A DNA stretch of 64,000 nt, from NCBI GenBank assembly GCA_004022145.1, contig RCNU01000016.1. One strand, 5' to 3'. Of this stretch, positions 42,105 to 54,725 are shown piece after piece; the stretch's first letter is position 1; each line of letters begins with the position of its first letter. This DNA is from Paecilomyces variotii (Eukaryota). A program made the position numbers and the translations under genes. Under the pieces are notes generated by a model. That model had not been told where the DNA came from, searched no databases, and was given only the letters and a program-made list of their open reading frames with translations.

Positions 42105-42466
42105 CGCTCTGGGGTATTCCCTCTTCATTTTCCCTACTAGGGTCTATTCTTTCATGGAGAATTGGGATGGATGTTGTCCGGACATGGAAAAAGTAGCACT
42201 ATCTGTTTTGTTTTCATACCACGTTATGTACGATAAGGCCGGCGCTTGTTCAGGGCTCGTCAGCAGGGTAATTTGATTCAGTTTTTTAGATTTCCCATGA
42301 TATACACATCAATTAGTTCGGGAGAACCGAATACAGTAACAACCGTACATGCAATTAGGGTCTCCACGATATCAATGGAACAGTAGTAAGAAAAAGTTCA
42401 TGAAGAACGTATACAAGCATGACTTGCATGGAGAAATATGTCCATACAGGACACGCGGTTCAATGT

Positions 42467-43840
42467 CTATGAGAAATCAACGACACGACTCCAAGGGCCA
42501 GAGTCACCTGCTTTTCGGAACTCGACTTCTTGTCCAAAATAACCGGCCTCGCTCCACGAGCGCATCATAGCAGTGTCGTAAGGCCCATGCGGTTCTCCGC
42601 CATCGCGGGCGTCCGACCAGCGGTACTCCCACATCGTCGGACCTGTCTGGGCTCCGTCATTCGCAGACAGTTGCTCTGACGAATCAATCCAGTCCTCTCC
42701 AGTCTCTCGTCGAAATTGCCTGGTCAGAAGCTCACGTTCCGCATCGTAGATCTCGGTCTGGCCTCGCGTGAGCAGCATGTCTGCTGCACCGGTTACAGCT
42801 TCAATGGTCTGTTTCAGCGCCGCCTCTGCTGGGTTTTCTTCTGACATTTCGACATCTTCAGAGGCTCCACCATTTCGTTTCAAACGGTTCTTGTTCTTGT
42901 TTTTATTCTGCCACTTTGGTTTCTTCTGGACACCCTTTCCTAGCCGCGCGAGAGCTTCTAGCACCGTCTCTCCTCGTTGCATATTCGTGATGAGTGTTCG
43001 AAGTAGATCGGCCGTCAAGACACTGTCATCTGCTCTCTCCCTCGCTTTGCGCTCTGCATCTCGCTTCTCAGCAGCATCCTTCGCCTTCCTGATATCCTTC
43101 TTGGAGACCCCATCTAGCCAGTTATCGTAAATTGCGTCCGGGTCGACAGCTTTTCGCACGTAGTTCCCTTGTTCATCAAAGCGACCTTCTTCCTGCTCTG
43201 CGCGCATGTTGAACGCATCCAAGAGAGGCGCATGCGTCTTCTTAGCACCAGCCCCAAGTTCCTCGTCCATGTCTTCGGTGAGCTTCGCTCGCTCTTCGTC
43301 TGGAACGTCGCTTTCTTCCGAACTGACCTCCTCCACATCGACAGCATCTGCACCCTTCCTAAGATCAACATTTAGTCTGCCTCCTCCCTTTGACGATGTG
43401 ACCTGGCCCTCGATCTCATCGTCTCGCAGAAATCGAACATTCTTCTTGTTCTTCCGAAGCGCCTCGTCCGCATCGATGTCCTCCGCGCCAAAATCCTCCT
43501 GTAGCTCTGCGAACATGTCATCGTCATCTGCGTCATGCTTAGCTCTGCTGCGCTTGGCTTTTGCTTCAATCCGCGCTGAGAATCCCTCGTTTTCACTATC
43601 TGAATCGTATCCATCAATGTTGACAGCTCCGCGGCGCACTTGCTGACCGCGATGGCCGATCTCGTCTGCATCTAGAACAGCATCGTCTTCCAGCTCGTCA
43701 GGCGCAAGCGCGGACGGATTCCGGGGATCGAAACGCGGCTTTTTCGAGTTGATGTGAACGTCTGGATCCTCAGGGTCATGTGCGTGAGTGCGGGAGAAGT
43801 CCTCGCCCGCCCGCTTGGGGCGCCCGAGAGAGGCGGCCAT
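42467..43840 (-). CDS. LIN1: GYF-domain U5 snRNP protein Lin1/Snu40/CD2BP2
   Basis: AFNMRAEQEEGRFD, DNWLD, GETVLEALARLG, C-terminal GYF domain (WEYRW..GPYDTAMMRSWSEAGYF). Probable start MAASLGRPKR at 43840. Confidence 0.88.
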   Translation of the reverse strand: MAASLGRPKRAGEDFSRTHAHDPEDPDVHINSKKPRFDPRNPSALAPDELEDDAVLDADEIGHRGQQVRRGAVNIDGYDSDSENEGFSARIEAKAKRSRAKHDADDDDMFAELQEDFGAEDIDADEALRKNKKNVRFLRDDEIEGQVTSSKGGGRLNVDLRKGADAVDVEEVSSEESDVPDEERAKLTEDMDEELGAGAKKTHAPLLDAFNMRAEQEEGRFDEQGNYVRKAVDPDAIYDNWLDGVSKKDIRKAKDAAEKRDAERKARERADDSVLTADLLRTLITNMQRGETVLEALARLGKGVQKKPKWQNKNKNKNRLKRNGGASEDVEMSEENPAEAALKQTIEAVTGAADMLLTRGQTEIYDAERELLTRQFRRETGEDWIDSSEQLSANDGAQTGPTMWEYRWSDARDGGEPHGPYDTAMMRSWSEAGYFGQEVEFRKAGDSGPWSRVVDFS

Positions 43841-44245
43841 TGGGTTATGTGGCCAAGAGAGTAAATATGAGGCAGGTTTCCTATGTGATAAGAGATAGGA
43901 TATCCTCTTCAGCACAGTAGGCTGTCAGTAATCTGTTTAAGCTTCTTTGTCGTTCGGTTGTCGCAGGTTGTCGCAAATGGTCTGAGTCTGGGGTCGGCCC
44001 GGAAAATCGTAGGCGGATAGACTTGCGTCACTTCGCAGTTCAACGACAACCAGCTGTCCAAACCACTTGCTGGGCGACGCTTTTTGACGCATCGAGATAA
44101 TCCGGCGTTCTTTCTCAGGACTATTTCATATCTCACAGGGAAGACTGTATCCAACGGTTCATAGTTTTTCAGGTCACATCGGAACCTAATACAAGCTCCC
44201 CGCCATACGGAGAGCGGCCATCGGCTTCTTGATACATTCACCAAA

Positions 44246-45570
44246 ATGGTAAGAGTACAGCATCAAATAGCTCCATCGGGGCGTATCACTAATGTTACTC
44301 TCTAGTTCCGTTCAGAATTCTGGGAGGACGACCCTATGGAGGGAGTCATGGGCTCCTCCATGTTCCATCGCGGCGGTGCCTCTCGCCGCTTCGACGAGTA
44401 CTACCGTTGCTATCCTGTAGCAATGATGCCTGGACCAGAGAGAGAGAATGTGAACCACGGTGGCAAGGTTATCATGCCGCCCAGTGCCCTGGATAAGCTG
44501 ACTCGGCTTCACATCACTTATCCTATGCTTTTCGAGCTGCACAATGGAGCAAAGGAGAGGATGACACATGCTGGTGTGCTGGAGTTTATCGCGGAGGAAG
44601 GGAAGATTTATCTACCATTCTGGGTTAGTTCACAGATTTTAGACCCTCTGCATTCCACTCTGTGCATAATGCTGATAATTATTCGGGGTGAAAGATCATG
44701 CAGACGCTCCTTCTTGAGCCGGGCGATCTCCTCCAGATCAAATCAACAGACCTGCCTTCTGGCCAGTTTATCAAACTGCAAGCTCAGTCGACATCCTTCC
44801 TCGATATTAGCGATCCCAAAGCCGTTCTAGAAAACGTCTTCCGTAACTTCTCATGTCTCACGAAAGGCGATGTGTTTACGTTCCATTACAATGATCAGGT
44901 GTACGAAATGGCGGTTTTGGAAACTAAGCCGGCCAACGAGAAGAACGCCATCTCCGTCCTGGAGACAGATTTGGAAGTCGACTTTGCAGCCCCCGTAGGC
45001 TACGAAGAGCCCAAAGTTCCTAGCGGGACGAGTACTCCTCTGAGCATGCCTGGTGGAAAGATCCCACCTGGTGGCATGCTTCATCCTCACGGCACTATGG
45101 CTCAGGCTATCAACTACGCCGCCATTGCTCCAGAGTCCACAGATGCGAACAAAGGTGCCAAGGCCGCGTCGTCGAATTTCCTCCTGGGTGGCCAGCGGTT
45201 GAATGCGAAGAAAGGAAGTAAAGCTCCAACACCTCAGCCTACCACACCTGCTCCGGGAACAGCCAAGACACAGCTTCCACCTCCTACACGGAGGACGAAC
45301 GGACCAATGCCGCTACGACTGCCTCCGAATCAACTATTCTTCGGCTACGCTATCAAGCCCGTGAAGAAACGCGATGAGCAGGGCAGAGTCGCTGATGAAG
45401 AGGAGAAGCCGAAGTTCCAGGGTGCTGGACAGACCCTCCGGCAGAAGAAGAAAGGCGTTAGTGGAGCAGGCACCCCTGCATCGGGCAGTGATGCTGAAGG
45501 TTCCAAGGGAAAGGATTCGAAAGGCAAGGACACCGGCCGTTCTCTTGGGAGCTCCCGAACCCTCCGGTAA
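44246..45570 (+). CDS. UFD1: Ubiquitin fusion degradation protein Ufd1; first coding exon is the ATG alone
   Basis: GGKVIMPPSALDKL, YPMLFEL, THAGVLEFIAEEG, DPKAVLE, FQGAGQTL. Introns 44249-44305 and about 44623-44694. Confidence 0.96.
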
Positions 45571-45862
45571 AGGCGTCTTGATCTGGATATCTATAGTCGC
45601 GTTATCCTTACGACTGTAGCTCTATTCTTCGAACGATATTAATCGGCTGGCGCTCTATGTGTTTCTGGTGCATAGCGGTTTGGGTTGGCGCTTAATGGTA
45701 CTGTGACTTCTTCTGAAATAGAAATATACGTGGGTTTTCTGCCAGACCGCCACAATGAAACGACTTGTAAGTCATACCAGCAAAGCATAAGCACCGTATT
45801 CTGGTCACTCACTGTAGCTATAAAAATCTCCACACTCAGCAGTCAGTATAGAGCACTCTAGC

Positions 45863-46252
45863 CTAGCTCAGTTCCCTCTTAGCTTCATCCAAAACATCAT
45901 CCACCCAATTAACGCAGTTCCGCGCTGGCGGGTCAGGCTTTGTCTCCGTCAACACCCTTGGATCGTATGGCGGGGGATGTTTTGCCGCAATCTCTTCAAA
46001 ACGATGCAGCATCGATTTCGGAAGCTGAAATTGGAACGTCGAGTCCTTGTAACCGTCTATAGCACCAAATCTATGGCCTGGCTTTCGTTCGTAGTCCATC
46101 CCCATACCGACGGTTCCTTTAACGTGGTAGAATCGTCCAGCTAGCTGGTCACTGTTCTGAGCGGGCACCAACGCGATGCCTTCGTGGTCGGGGTTGCCTC
46201 GTTGTGTGAACCGGACTCGGTAGACGTTGTATGTTGTAGTTTCGAGAGACAT
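45863..46252 (-). CDS. 129-aa intronless fungal hypothetical protein (DUF6540-like; H...YHV.G...NC..W pattern)
   Basis: Clean ORF with DHEGIAL, GRFYHVKG and RNCVNWVDDVL. Family name recalled, not searched. Confidence 0.7.
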   Translation of the reverse strand: MSLETTTYNVYRVRFTQRGNPDHEGIALVPAQNSDQLAGRFYHVKGTVGMGMDYERKPGHRFGAIDGYKDSTFQFQLPKSMLHRFEEIAAKHPPPYDPRVLTETKPDPPARNCVNWVDDVLDEAKRELS

Positions 46253-47127
46253 GATGGGGGTTAGATGGCTAATCGTGGTATAATAGTATCGAAACGCTTA
46301 TAGTCTTTGTATTGTGTGAAGCGAGATCAGATCTGCCTCTGGCAAGGTGACAACACGTCAACTCTTACCTATTTCAGCTTCAGCTTTTCATGCCCTTGTT
46401 TCGTCGGACAGTCATTACAGAATCGGAGAGCGGCATCTCGCGCAAAAGGCTAATGGCAAAGTACAGTATAATGTCGAATCCACGATCTTCCTCTAAGGAG
46501 TTCTCCTTTTTGGTCGAATCAGTTAGGATCCTTCGACATATAACGGGAACCGCCTCCAACTATACGGGTTGGGGCTCTTTCCATCCAGATCAGCGAATAT
46601 ATATATCCGCGGAAATAGGAGTTGTATACGGCGATAGATGTAGTTCAGACATTGGTGCATTTCTTAATTCAAGGTAAGTTCAATCGCATCGTACTGCACA
46701 TGCTAGTGGCTTCATTACACAAATAAACGAGGGGAGGCACTTCTGGAAGACTTGAAGACACCATGTGCCAGCATTACGTCCAAACAAACAAGTTGATAAT
46801 TTTGGGGACCCTAGTGTGCTCCAGGCCTAGAGACTTCCCTTATCTTCCGGGTCAACTAGTGGACTGCACTGTGCAGCAGAGTCACGGATTTAGATGGCTT
46901 GTTTCAGGGCAGCTAGATCGTACCACAATGAAGTAGTTCTGAGAATAATTCAATTATGGTACCATTCAGAAGTCTCCCGGTTGGTTTCCCAAATCGCATG
47001 TAGCCTGGGTATTAACTCCTAGAATGCAAAATACCGCTTTGAAATGAACAATGGCAAATGATTCAATCAAATATTCGAAATTAGAACGAGGCGTAAGTAT
47101 AGACAAGAATGGAAACAGCGAAAAGAG

Positions 47128-48192
47128 TCAGGAAGACGGGGTCGCAACTTTGATTTTCCCCTCTGCTATTGCGACTTTCAGTAGATATCTGACATCTCGT
47201 CGTAGCTTCAGCAGGTGGGTCTCTGAATCCTTGACCTTCTGGAATTCGAATGATATAGTCCCAGCTAGATCGGTCACGTCGTTTGAAGCATCCTCTGAAG
47301 CATCCATGATATTCTGGCTGATAAGATCGGTTTCCTCACTTATCAGCGCTGCAATCCGATCCTTAAAAGCCTCCATCTCCCGTCGTTGTTGCAATTGCAT
47401 TTCTTTTAATAACTTTTTCGTGCTGTCAAGGATATTCTCAGCAACTCGGTCAATTTTGTCGCTGATTTCCTTGAGATCTTTATGAGAAACGGGCCGCGCA
47501 GATGTCGTTTCAGGAGGCGATGTATTGACTCTGCTCACCACGCCGTGCGCTGGATCCACGGCAGGAAGTCTGCTCTCATCCACAAAAGTTTCTGGATCAG
47601 TCGAAGTATTCATCCAGTTATCCATACGCTCCTGCCACGCGTTGAGCTTTGCTTGCTCCTCCTGCTCCTCGTCTTGCTGGGGTTGCTGTCTTGGTGTCGC
47701 CTCCAAAGCATCAAGTGGTGGTTTTTTGTCCTCGCATGGTCTTTTTTCTGCTTCTGTTCTCCTAGCCCGTCTCAAAAGTTGTCTGTTCCGTTCCGAATGC
47801 CATATCCACTGGCGCACAAACTCGGAGGCAGGAGTAAGAAGTTGCGCATCGTTATACTGACTGGGCTCGGAGTTCATAGCGATTCGAGTCCTCTCCTTCT
47901 TAATGCTCTCCTTGAATCGCCTTTGACACGACTGCCATGAAAACGTCCTTCTGGCTCGCTTTTGAAACTCTTCACTGATCTTAATCCAGTCTTTGCACTG
48001 ATAATCTGCGTCCCATCTATCACCAAAGGTTTCTTGGCATATTTGCAGGAGGATCAACTCCTGGTGAGCTGTGAGTCGCCCCCGAGTTGTCGCGATGGGG
48101 GTGACCCCTCCTAGCGATCCATTTAACCCATGCATCCCGGTAGGTGTACTGCGGGTAGTAGGAGGAGTAGGATTGTCCGCGAGGCCGTTCAT
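47128..48192 (-). CDS. Cluster gene A: 354-aa protein with Myb/SANT (trihelix/MADF-like) domain and C-terminal coiled coil
   Basis: LTAHQELILLQIC..DWIKISEEFQKRARRTFSWQSCQRRFK matches the helix1-W..I...F-S..C..R pattern; intronless ORF. Confidence 0.72.
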   Translation of the reverse strand: MNGLADNPTPPTTRSTPTGMHGLNGSLGGVTPIATTRGRLTAHQELILLQICQETFGDRWDADYQCKDWIKISEEFQKRARRTFSWQSCQRRFKESIKKERTRIAMNSEPSQYNDAQLLTPASEFVRQWIWHSERNRQLLRRARRTEAEKRPCEDKKPPLDALEATPRQQPQQDEEQEEQAKLNAWQERMDNWMNTSTDPETFVDESRLPAVDPAHGVVSRVNTSPPETTSARPVSHKDLKEISDKIDRVAENILDSTKKLLKEMQLQQRREMEAFKDRIAALISEETDLISQNIMDASEDASNDVTDLAGTISFEFQKVKDSETHLLKLRRDVRYLLKVAIAEGKIKVATPSS

Positions 48193-49070
48193 ATTTAGGC
48201 TTATCGGTGAGAGATGGAGATGTCAATCGCGGTGGTCAGAATCCAGACATATGGTTAATAGAAGATATTCCTAAAGAAGAACAAAGGGGAAAATCTGAGC
48301 TGACTGGAAATTGAATCTCGAATAAAATCGTATGATGGTTATCGTGAACTCCCCTGACTAGTGAGCGGTAAGACGCGCGCGACGCGACCTCTCCACGCGA
48401 TCAGTACGAAGGTTCTCCACCGAGAGGGACCAAGAACTGACGATGATCCTGCGAGAGCTCTTACAAGAGCCCTTAAAGAGACCTTTGATAGATATTGTCA
48501 TGTAATTACTAGGTATTCTACCTTTTTCCTATCAGAATCAATTGAGAAATTATCTACAAGGTTATGTTTCTGCCGGCAGTATTGGGCAAATATCTACTGG
48601 ATTGGGTAACTTTCGTCAGGCGGTGTACGAACAGACGCGTCTAACCGCGTGTTTGTCGCGATGGCGGTGAAGATCACGAGACCCGGGCCGAGGATGAGAA
48701 AGAATGCCTCGTTTGCCATGATGAAGCAGCTGTCATGATAACTGCCTCGAGGGTTGATATACGCAAGATACGATACAGGTTGCAGCATCGAGCAAGGAAT
48801 CTATATCCTAGTCAACCTACGATGTCACATTATTACACAAAGGAATCGATCTAGAATTACTATGTGAGTAAACACCGTGGGAGTGACCTTCTGATTCAAA
48901 TGAGCCTGAACAGCTATCAGCGCTAAAGATGAGGGCCACATTGTGTAAATAATTGTGGTTTCTATGCCCGAGAACCCACAGAACAAACTACCATTTCCCA
49001 GGAATCCATCAGTTTTCGTGTTCTTTTATTCTGCACGGAACTCTCGTTGCAGCTCTGAATCTACCATAGC

Positions 49071-49893
49071 CTAGACGACTTCGTGGTAAAAGCCCTCGTC
49101 GAGATCAGGATATTCAGCCTGATTTGCACCGGTGAAGTAGCTTGCCATGAATGATCCATCGAAAGCAGTAGTATCAGTCGCAGCAAAAGCTGCTGCAGAG
49201 TCGGCATAGCCGTTGGTCTGGCTATTGATTCTCTCCTGCTTTGGGTCCAACAGACTATCAGCCGTTTGAGGGAGCTGCTTGTCTTTGTCATCTCTCGCAT
49301 TCTCGATGCTACTGAGAACGCTGGTTTCGGTCTTGTATTCATCCGTGAACGAACTGCCAGACTCGACTTTCTCAGACTTAATCTGAACGGGGGTCTTGAT
49401 GTTCAACATGCTGATGTCAGAGTCGTCGTCGAGGTTGATGGCGTCGACAACGCTTTGGCCGCGCTTGCCCAAACCGCCCTTCTTGGATGGGGTCGATAGA
49501 ATCTTTGCGTCGAGATTGCTGCGGTGACTTTTCCCGCTCGACGGGGTGGATTTGGTGACACCATTTCTTGGTCCTCGAGGACCACGAGGAGTCCGGGGTG
49601 TGCCTCCGTTTCCACGGCCACGGGGAGGGACAGAGACTCCGTTCGCGGCGGCTTCCGACTTGAGTTGTTCGGCCTGGCGACGGTATTTACGGAACTGGCC
49701 TTCGATCGAATCATAACTTGCAGAGCGACCATACATGGCTGCCATTCCGTTGTAATCGAGCTGCGCATAGTCAGATATAAGAGCGATGATAAAAGCCCCG
49801 GAGGAGTAGCTCACTGACCTTAAGGCTAGGGTGAGCTGCGATCAAAGCACTGATGAGGCGTTCAGTGGCATCGGCACTCTTCCAGTTGACCAT
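49071..49893 (-). CDS. Cluster gene B: N-terminal Myb/SANT-like protein, 254 aa; exons 49893-49819, 49760-49071
   Basis: Spliced MVNWKSADATERLISALIAAHPSLK|LDYNGMAAMYGRSASYDSIEGQFRKYR; GTCAGT..CAG intron; PRGRG/TPR basic tail. Confidence 0.85.
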
Positions 49894-52139
49894 TTTTGTA
49901 GCTTTCAACGCTTCAGAATGCTACTTAGTTCTTCTATAAATGCATGTCAGTCTTTCTCATCGAGTATGATAAGATATGGAAGACATACAGATTCCGCCTC
50001 TGGGTTAAGGTATGGTGTGGTGTAAAGGATTTGGTGTGTAAAGTGGACAAGAGATGATGTAGAGACAAGGATACCAATGTGTTCCTCTTCCAGATGGGTG
50101 GCGTGAAAGGCAGAAGTAAATCTTGGGCACCCTCAAAGTTTGTTAAGTTGTAGTACAAGTGAAGCTCAAGGAACACAGTAGCCAAGGGTCGGTGAGAGAA
50201 CCACTGAGAGCAATAAAGTAGTCATGTACACGAAGACATAAGTCCAAGTATACTGAGGTGCGCGCTTTTATAAGTGCCAGACTCTAAACTGACGTTCATC
50301 TGTGGCCTTTCTGTTTTCAGCTCGCGGAACATATGTCAAGATCTTGGAGACAAAAGGATTTTTTTACACGTAGGGCTCTAATCGCAGAGATTGTGGAGGG
50401 GCATACTCTCAGTTCTGGCGGGGTTAGCCGCTTGAAGTAGCGAAATCAATAGATATGCACTCGCTGATAAAAGATCCCTCTGTGAATTCATCCAACATTA
50501 AGGTCCAACGCGACAGGTTTGTGGACACTGATACGACCCATAATGACACGATACAAGGAGCGATCAGCATGGCCATCCCTGTGGGATACGGTTTGAATGT
50601 ATACGCTATCACATTAATGCTGTCTCTAGACTTGAACCGGTTCTTTTTTTATGCAGGGATTTATCTGATCTGTTTGCTGGAATTAACTGGAACCAGGGCG
50701 AATGCAGTCTACTTTTTGTGATTTATCCAGTCAGAAATATAGATAAGTAGTTAAGGGACGGCTAGAGATGGATGCATGGAAATACATATGACTACGTATA
50801 GTGGCGGAAATTGGATTTTAATTTCTACTGCTGCATGTAGCATAGCGATTTGTTCGAATATGCTTTCTTTTAAGATACGAATATTCTCATGACTCCCTTT
50901 TCTGTGCCGGTCTTCAATGACTGGAAATCAGATAGCATCGTAAGCTGTGCTCCCCATCACAGCTATTGGAGGGCGAGTGCTAGCATCGCGTGTCGGGACC
51001 TGACTAATAGACAAGAGCCAGGACGTCAAGATTCGAACCCAAGAACGTGGGAATTGGAGCTATCAGGACACTTGCTCCAATCCGATGATTTCCAACAATG
51101 CGGCGCCATCAAGAGGGATATGCAGGAATCGTCTCGAGATAACACACTAACAAACATTATTATCCCAGCCTCACATGTCCTGCGGCTAGGCAGAAGCCGT
51201 TATGCAGTCCTACTGCCCGGGGATGTTAGCAGAAGAGTTACCCAGGCGATTCGGAATCTCGAAATGGCTTTCCGAAAGACATAGGTCCCTTTCTACCCCT
51301 ACACCGCCTCAGACGATGCCGTGATTCGAGCAGCAGAAGCTCCGTTCCTGCGCATATCGCGCGTCATTCACAGGGTCAAAGACGGCAGAGAGAGGGGTAG
51401 AGCTGCGTTTTCCGACAGACTGGACTCGAGGTATACGGAAGTACAGAGGGGAACAGGTGTCGTTGGCGTAAGGTTTGCTGGGTCGTCCGTAAGCGAGCAC
51501 GGATCGTCGCGCCTTGTTTGCGTTCTCCACGAGGCGCATCCACCATCATCCACCGGCTGGGATGTCGGCCACGCTGATCCTGTAGAGAGGCCGTTATAGA
51601 CTCGAAAAGGGACCCAGGGACAGTTTCTTGTTGGAACTTGGGAGCTGTCACGCATGAGAGATAGATTCTTGCGGGAAAGCTGTTGTTATCCTGCTGCAGG
51701 CTTGCTATCTTCTGAGGTGCCTGTACTTCTTTACGCTTCTTCACAGACGACACAGCTACTGATAGAATACACGACTGATCTTTAACTTCTACATTGGTCG
51801 CGGATGAACGCGGAATCGATACTTGATGGGCCTGAAAAGTGTAGTAATCTGTTAACAGATAACTAACTACGGCAATAAAGCCATCTTTTCAGACATAATT
51901 TCTCAAGTGAACGCAATCTATTCTCAAAAGTGACGGCTGGCTCCCTGGGAGGAGCCGATACTTCTCTCATAACACATTCTTCATTGTGTGCTTGCTCTTT
52001 GTTTTAAAACTCACCTCGTCCTCGACCCTCTCTCCCTCTTCTTCCACCACTCTCATCTCTCACACTGCATCCTATCACCCACTACTCTCTGAATACTAGC
52101 AGCTACAAACCAAGGCATAGCGTTCTTAAGCTTACCACG

Positions 52140-52938
52140 ATGCCTATGAGGTGGACTCCCGAGACGGACCAGCTTGTGAGCTTTTCCCACGCTTGTGCTC
52201 CATGAACATGCACAATTTGTGTTTTCATTCGAGTCCATCCCTCACGCCACCCTTGACCACAGACTGACATGAACACTGCTATAGTTGCTGCTGAAGATCC
52301 TCGAGACTCATAATCTCTCTGTCGACTCAAAGAAGGTCGCAGACGCATGGCGTAAGCCCATTTCCTCCCCATGCATAACTCCAATATTAACCCAACCAGC
52401 CGGAACTGAAGCTGGCTCTAAGCCCACTCCCCGCGCCATCACTGAACGTCTCGTTCGCATGCGCGCTCAGGTTAGAGCAAGCGGAACTGGAAATTTCAGC
52501 ATCGGCAGCAGCAAAGGCTCTGCAGCTTCCACTCCTCGCAAGCCGCGCGCTAAGTCTGCAGCAACCACTCCTGGCTCTGGGAAGCGCAAGCGCTCCGATG
52601 CCAATGCGAACGAGTCTGTCAATGGTGACGGCGATGAAGAGATGCAAGCCGATACTCCGTCAAAGAAGCAGCAGAAGCCAAAGCGTGGTCATGTCAAGAA
52701 GGAGTCGACCAGCTCTGAAATAACCATCCCGGACCTCGACACCATTGCCGCTACTCCCGCCAAGCGTACCCGCACTCCTGCTGTCCATCCTTCGGATATG
52801 GTAGTCTACCAGAGTGAGGGTGAGAACAAATCCATCGACAGCTCCGCGTCCGAGTATGTCCCCGAGGAAACAGTCGGACAGGAGAACACGTACCTCAAGG
52901 ATATCGATGACGAGATGGATGTGCAGGCTTGGGCCTAG
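52140..52938 (+). CDS. Cluster gene C: N-terminal Myb/SANT-like protein, 213 aa; exons 52140-52175, 52285-52351, 52400-52938
   Basis: Spliced MPMRWTPETDQL|LLLKILETHNLSVDSKKVADAW|PGTEAGSKPTPRAITERLVRMR; basic TP-rich tail with acidic end. Confidence 0.85.
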
Positions 52939-53764
52939 ATTGGACCACCTGTCTACTCTCACCTCGTGTCTCATCGCCAGTGCTCGTTTCATTGAGAAAG
53001 TTTTATGGTTTTCAGCTGTATGGAGCAAAGGGAGAGGAACTTTCAGAAACGCCAGCTTGGGGGGAAATTGGTTTTTGACCACCGGATGCCATGTATGTAG
53101 ATAGATTAGCATGCTAGTCCGTCGGAAATGGCCTACCTTTATGGGATCTACACTTCAGGAGAATATAAGCGGTAGTCTTCCTGTGTACTATTAAGATACT
53201 GTAGTGCCTAATAAGAGTGGATCTCATTGCTGTTCGCACACAACTATGCGATATGAAGTATTCTTTTTGAATTAGCCGACCTGCGGAATATATATTTACG
53301 AGTACTGCACGAAACGAGCTAAATACTGAACAGACAATCTACGCGGAACGTATAAGTGTCATATGTCTAGTTCGAGGCTTCTGTCACACGAAGAACTTCT
53401 TATTGTATAATTGGACAGAATACAGAGCGCGCGAGAGGGATCTTGAACTATTTTATTCGCAAACTTTCCATAACAGCGCCTTCGATCTCTGTAGAAAAAG
53501 GAGCTTGATATTTCTGTTATTCCTCAATAGACACCTCCCATAGGAAAATTCATCACGACCAACGACCAGGATACAGAAATAGTGACTAATCTCCAGGGGT
53601 TCGAGCTCAAAAATGGTCATGCGCAGACAGAACATAGGTTCCGTCACCAGAGCTACAAATCCATGTCCCCTAAAAACAACACCCTGTCTCATGACAACGC
53701 ACGACGAAACCCAAGTCATAGCGCATGAAGACGTGCATGCTCAGAGACAATAACGAGGAACCTC

Positions 53765-54223
53765 TTAGATAGTCTCATTGGTCACATTATCGTATTCTTC
53801 GATTGGCTCGGCCTTGATCTTCTTCGGAGTAATGGGATCGGCCGCTTCGCTCTCCTCGTCGTTGTCTGTCTTTGCGTTGCTTCTCTTCTTACGCTTGGAC
53901 GGAGTGTTCGGGGTAGAACCAGATGCTTTTCCGTTTGCTTTGTCTTTGAGCTTTCTGATCCGGTGCTGAATGGCATACACGGTACAATCTGATATTATTG
54001 GCGTTAGAAGTCAAGGTAGTAAGTAAAAGCGGTTGTGGAACTCACCGCCACCCATGTACTCCGAGAGCTTGTCATAATCCATCTTCACGTTACCAACAGC
54101 TATGATGGCGACCAGGAGCTAGTATTGAAGTTAGTAGTCTGTGGTAGTAAGAGTAGTTGGAGATTTGGTGATATAATGGGAACTTACGCGCGCATCTGCC
54201 TCCGCGTTCCAGCTCATAGGCAT
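53765..54223 (-). CDS. Cluster gene D: N-terminal Myb/SANT-like protein, 110 aa; exons 54223-54188, 54118-54046, 53988-53765
   Basis: Spliced MPMSWNAEADAR|LLVAIIAVGNVKMDYDKLSEYMGG|DCTVYAIQHRIRKLKDKA; canonical GTAAGT and GTGAGT donors. Confidence 0.85.
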
Positions 54224-54725
54224 CCTGGGAGAGAGATTTGAACAGTATTGTTGTAGAGGTGCGTAGATACTTTCAAGGTAAAGATAGAAAGTTACACTGC
54301 TCTAGGATGATGATGAGATGATAGGAGTTGAGAGAGAAATGCCCTGTAGCGTGAGAACTGAGAGGCAGAGTCAGACGTAAAGAGACGTTGAAGTGTTGCT
54401 TGTGGAGTGCAAGAAGTGAGGGCTTATCTGGACTCGGAGCTGCCCGCGCACTCTTTGTTTTCATAGATACAAGTAATCATAAAGGCTTTGTTCCCAACCT
54501 CGCTAGACTAGAAGGGCCCCAGTCTCTCGCTTGCAACACTCATCCACTGTCAACAGTATTTAATCTCTCAAATATCACCTCGTCCTTCTCCTAACATCTT
54601 TCATCTACAACTACCACCATCAGATAGCCCTCTACGCGTACGGAAGTGCCTACACTTATCTCTCAGTCAAACAGCCTCGCCATCCTCTACACCTTTCAAT
54701 ACCATCAATTCTCCAACCAACCACG

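Noticed and set aside
43841-43915. Upstream in-frame extension of LIN1 given by the ORF track
   Set aside because: It starts at a non-ATG codon; the first ATG (MAASLGRPKR, 43840) is the more plausible start.
50889-51753. Several overlapping ORFs inside the Myb-like cluster
   Set aside because: No Myb-like core, no consistent splice model and no recognisable domain; could be a decayed gene or non-coding transcript but cannot be supported.
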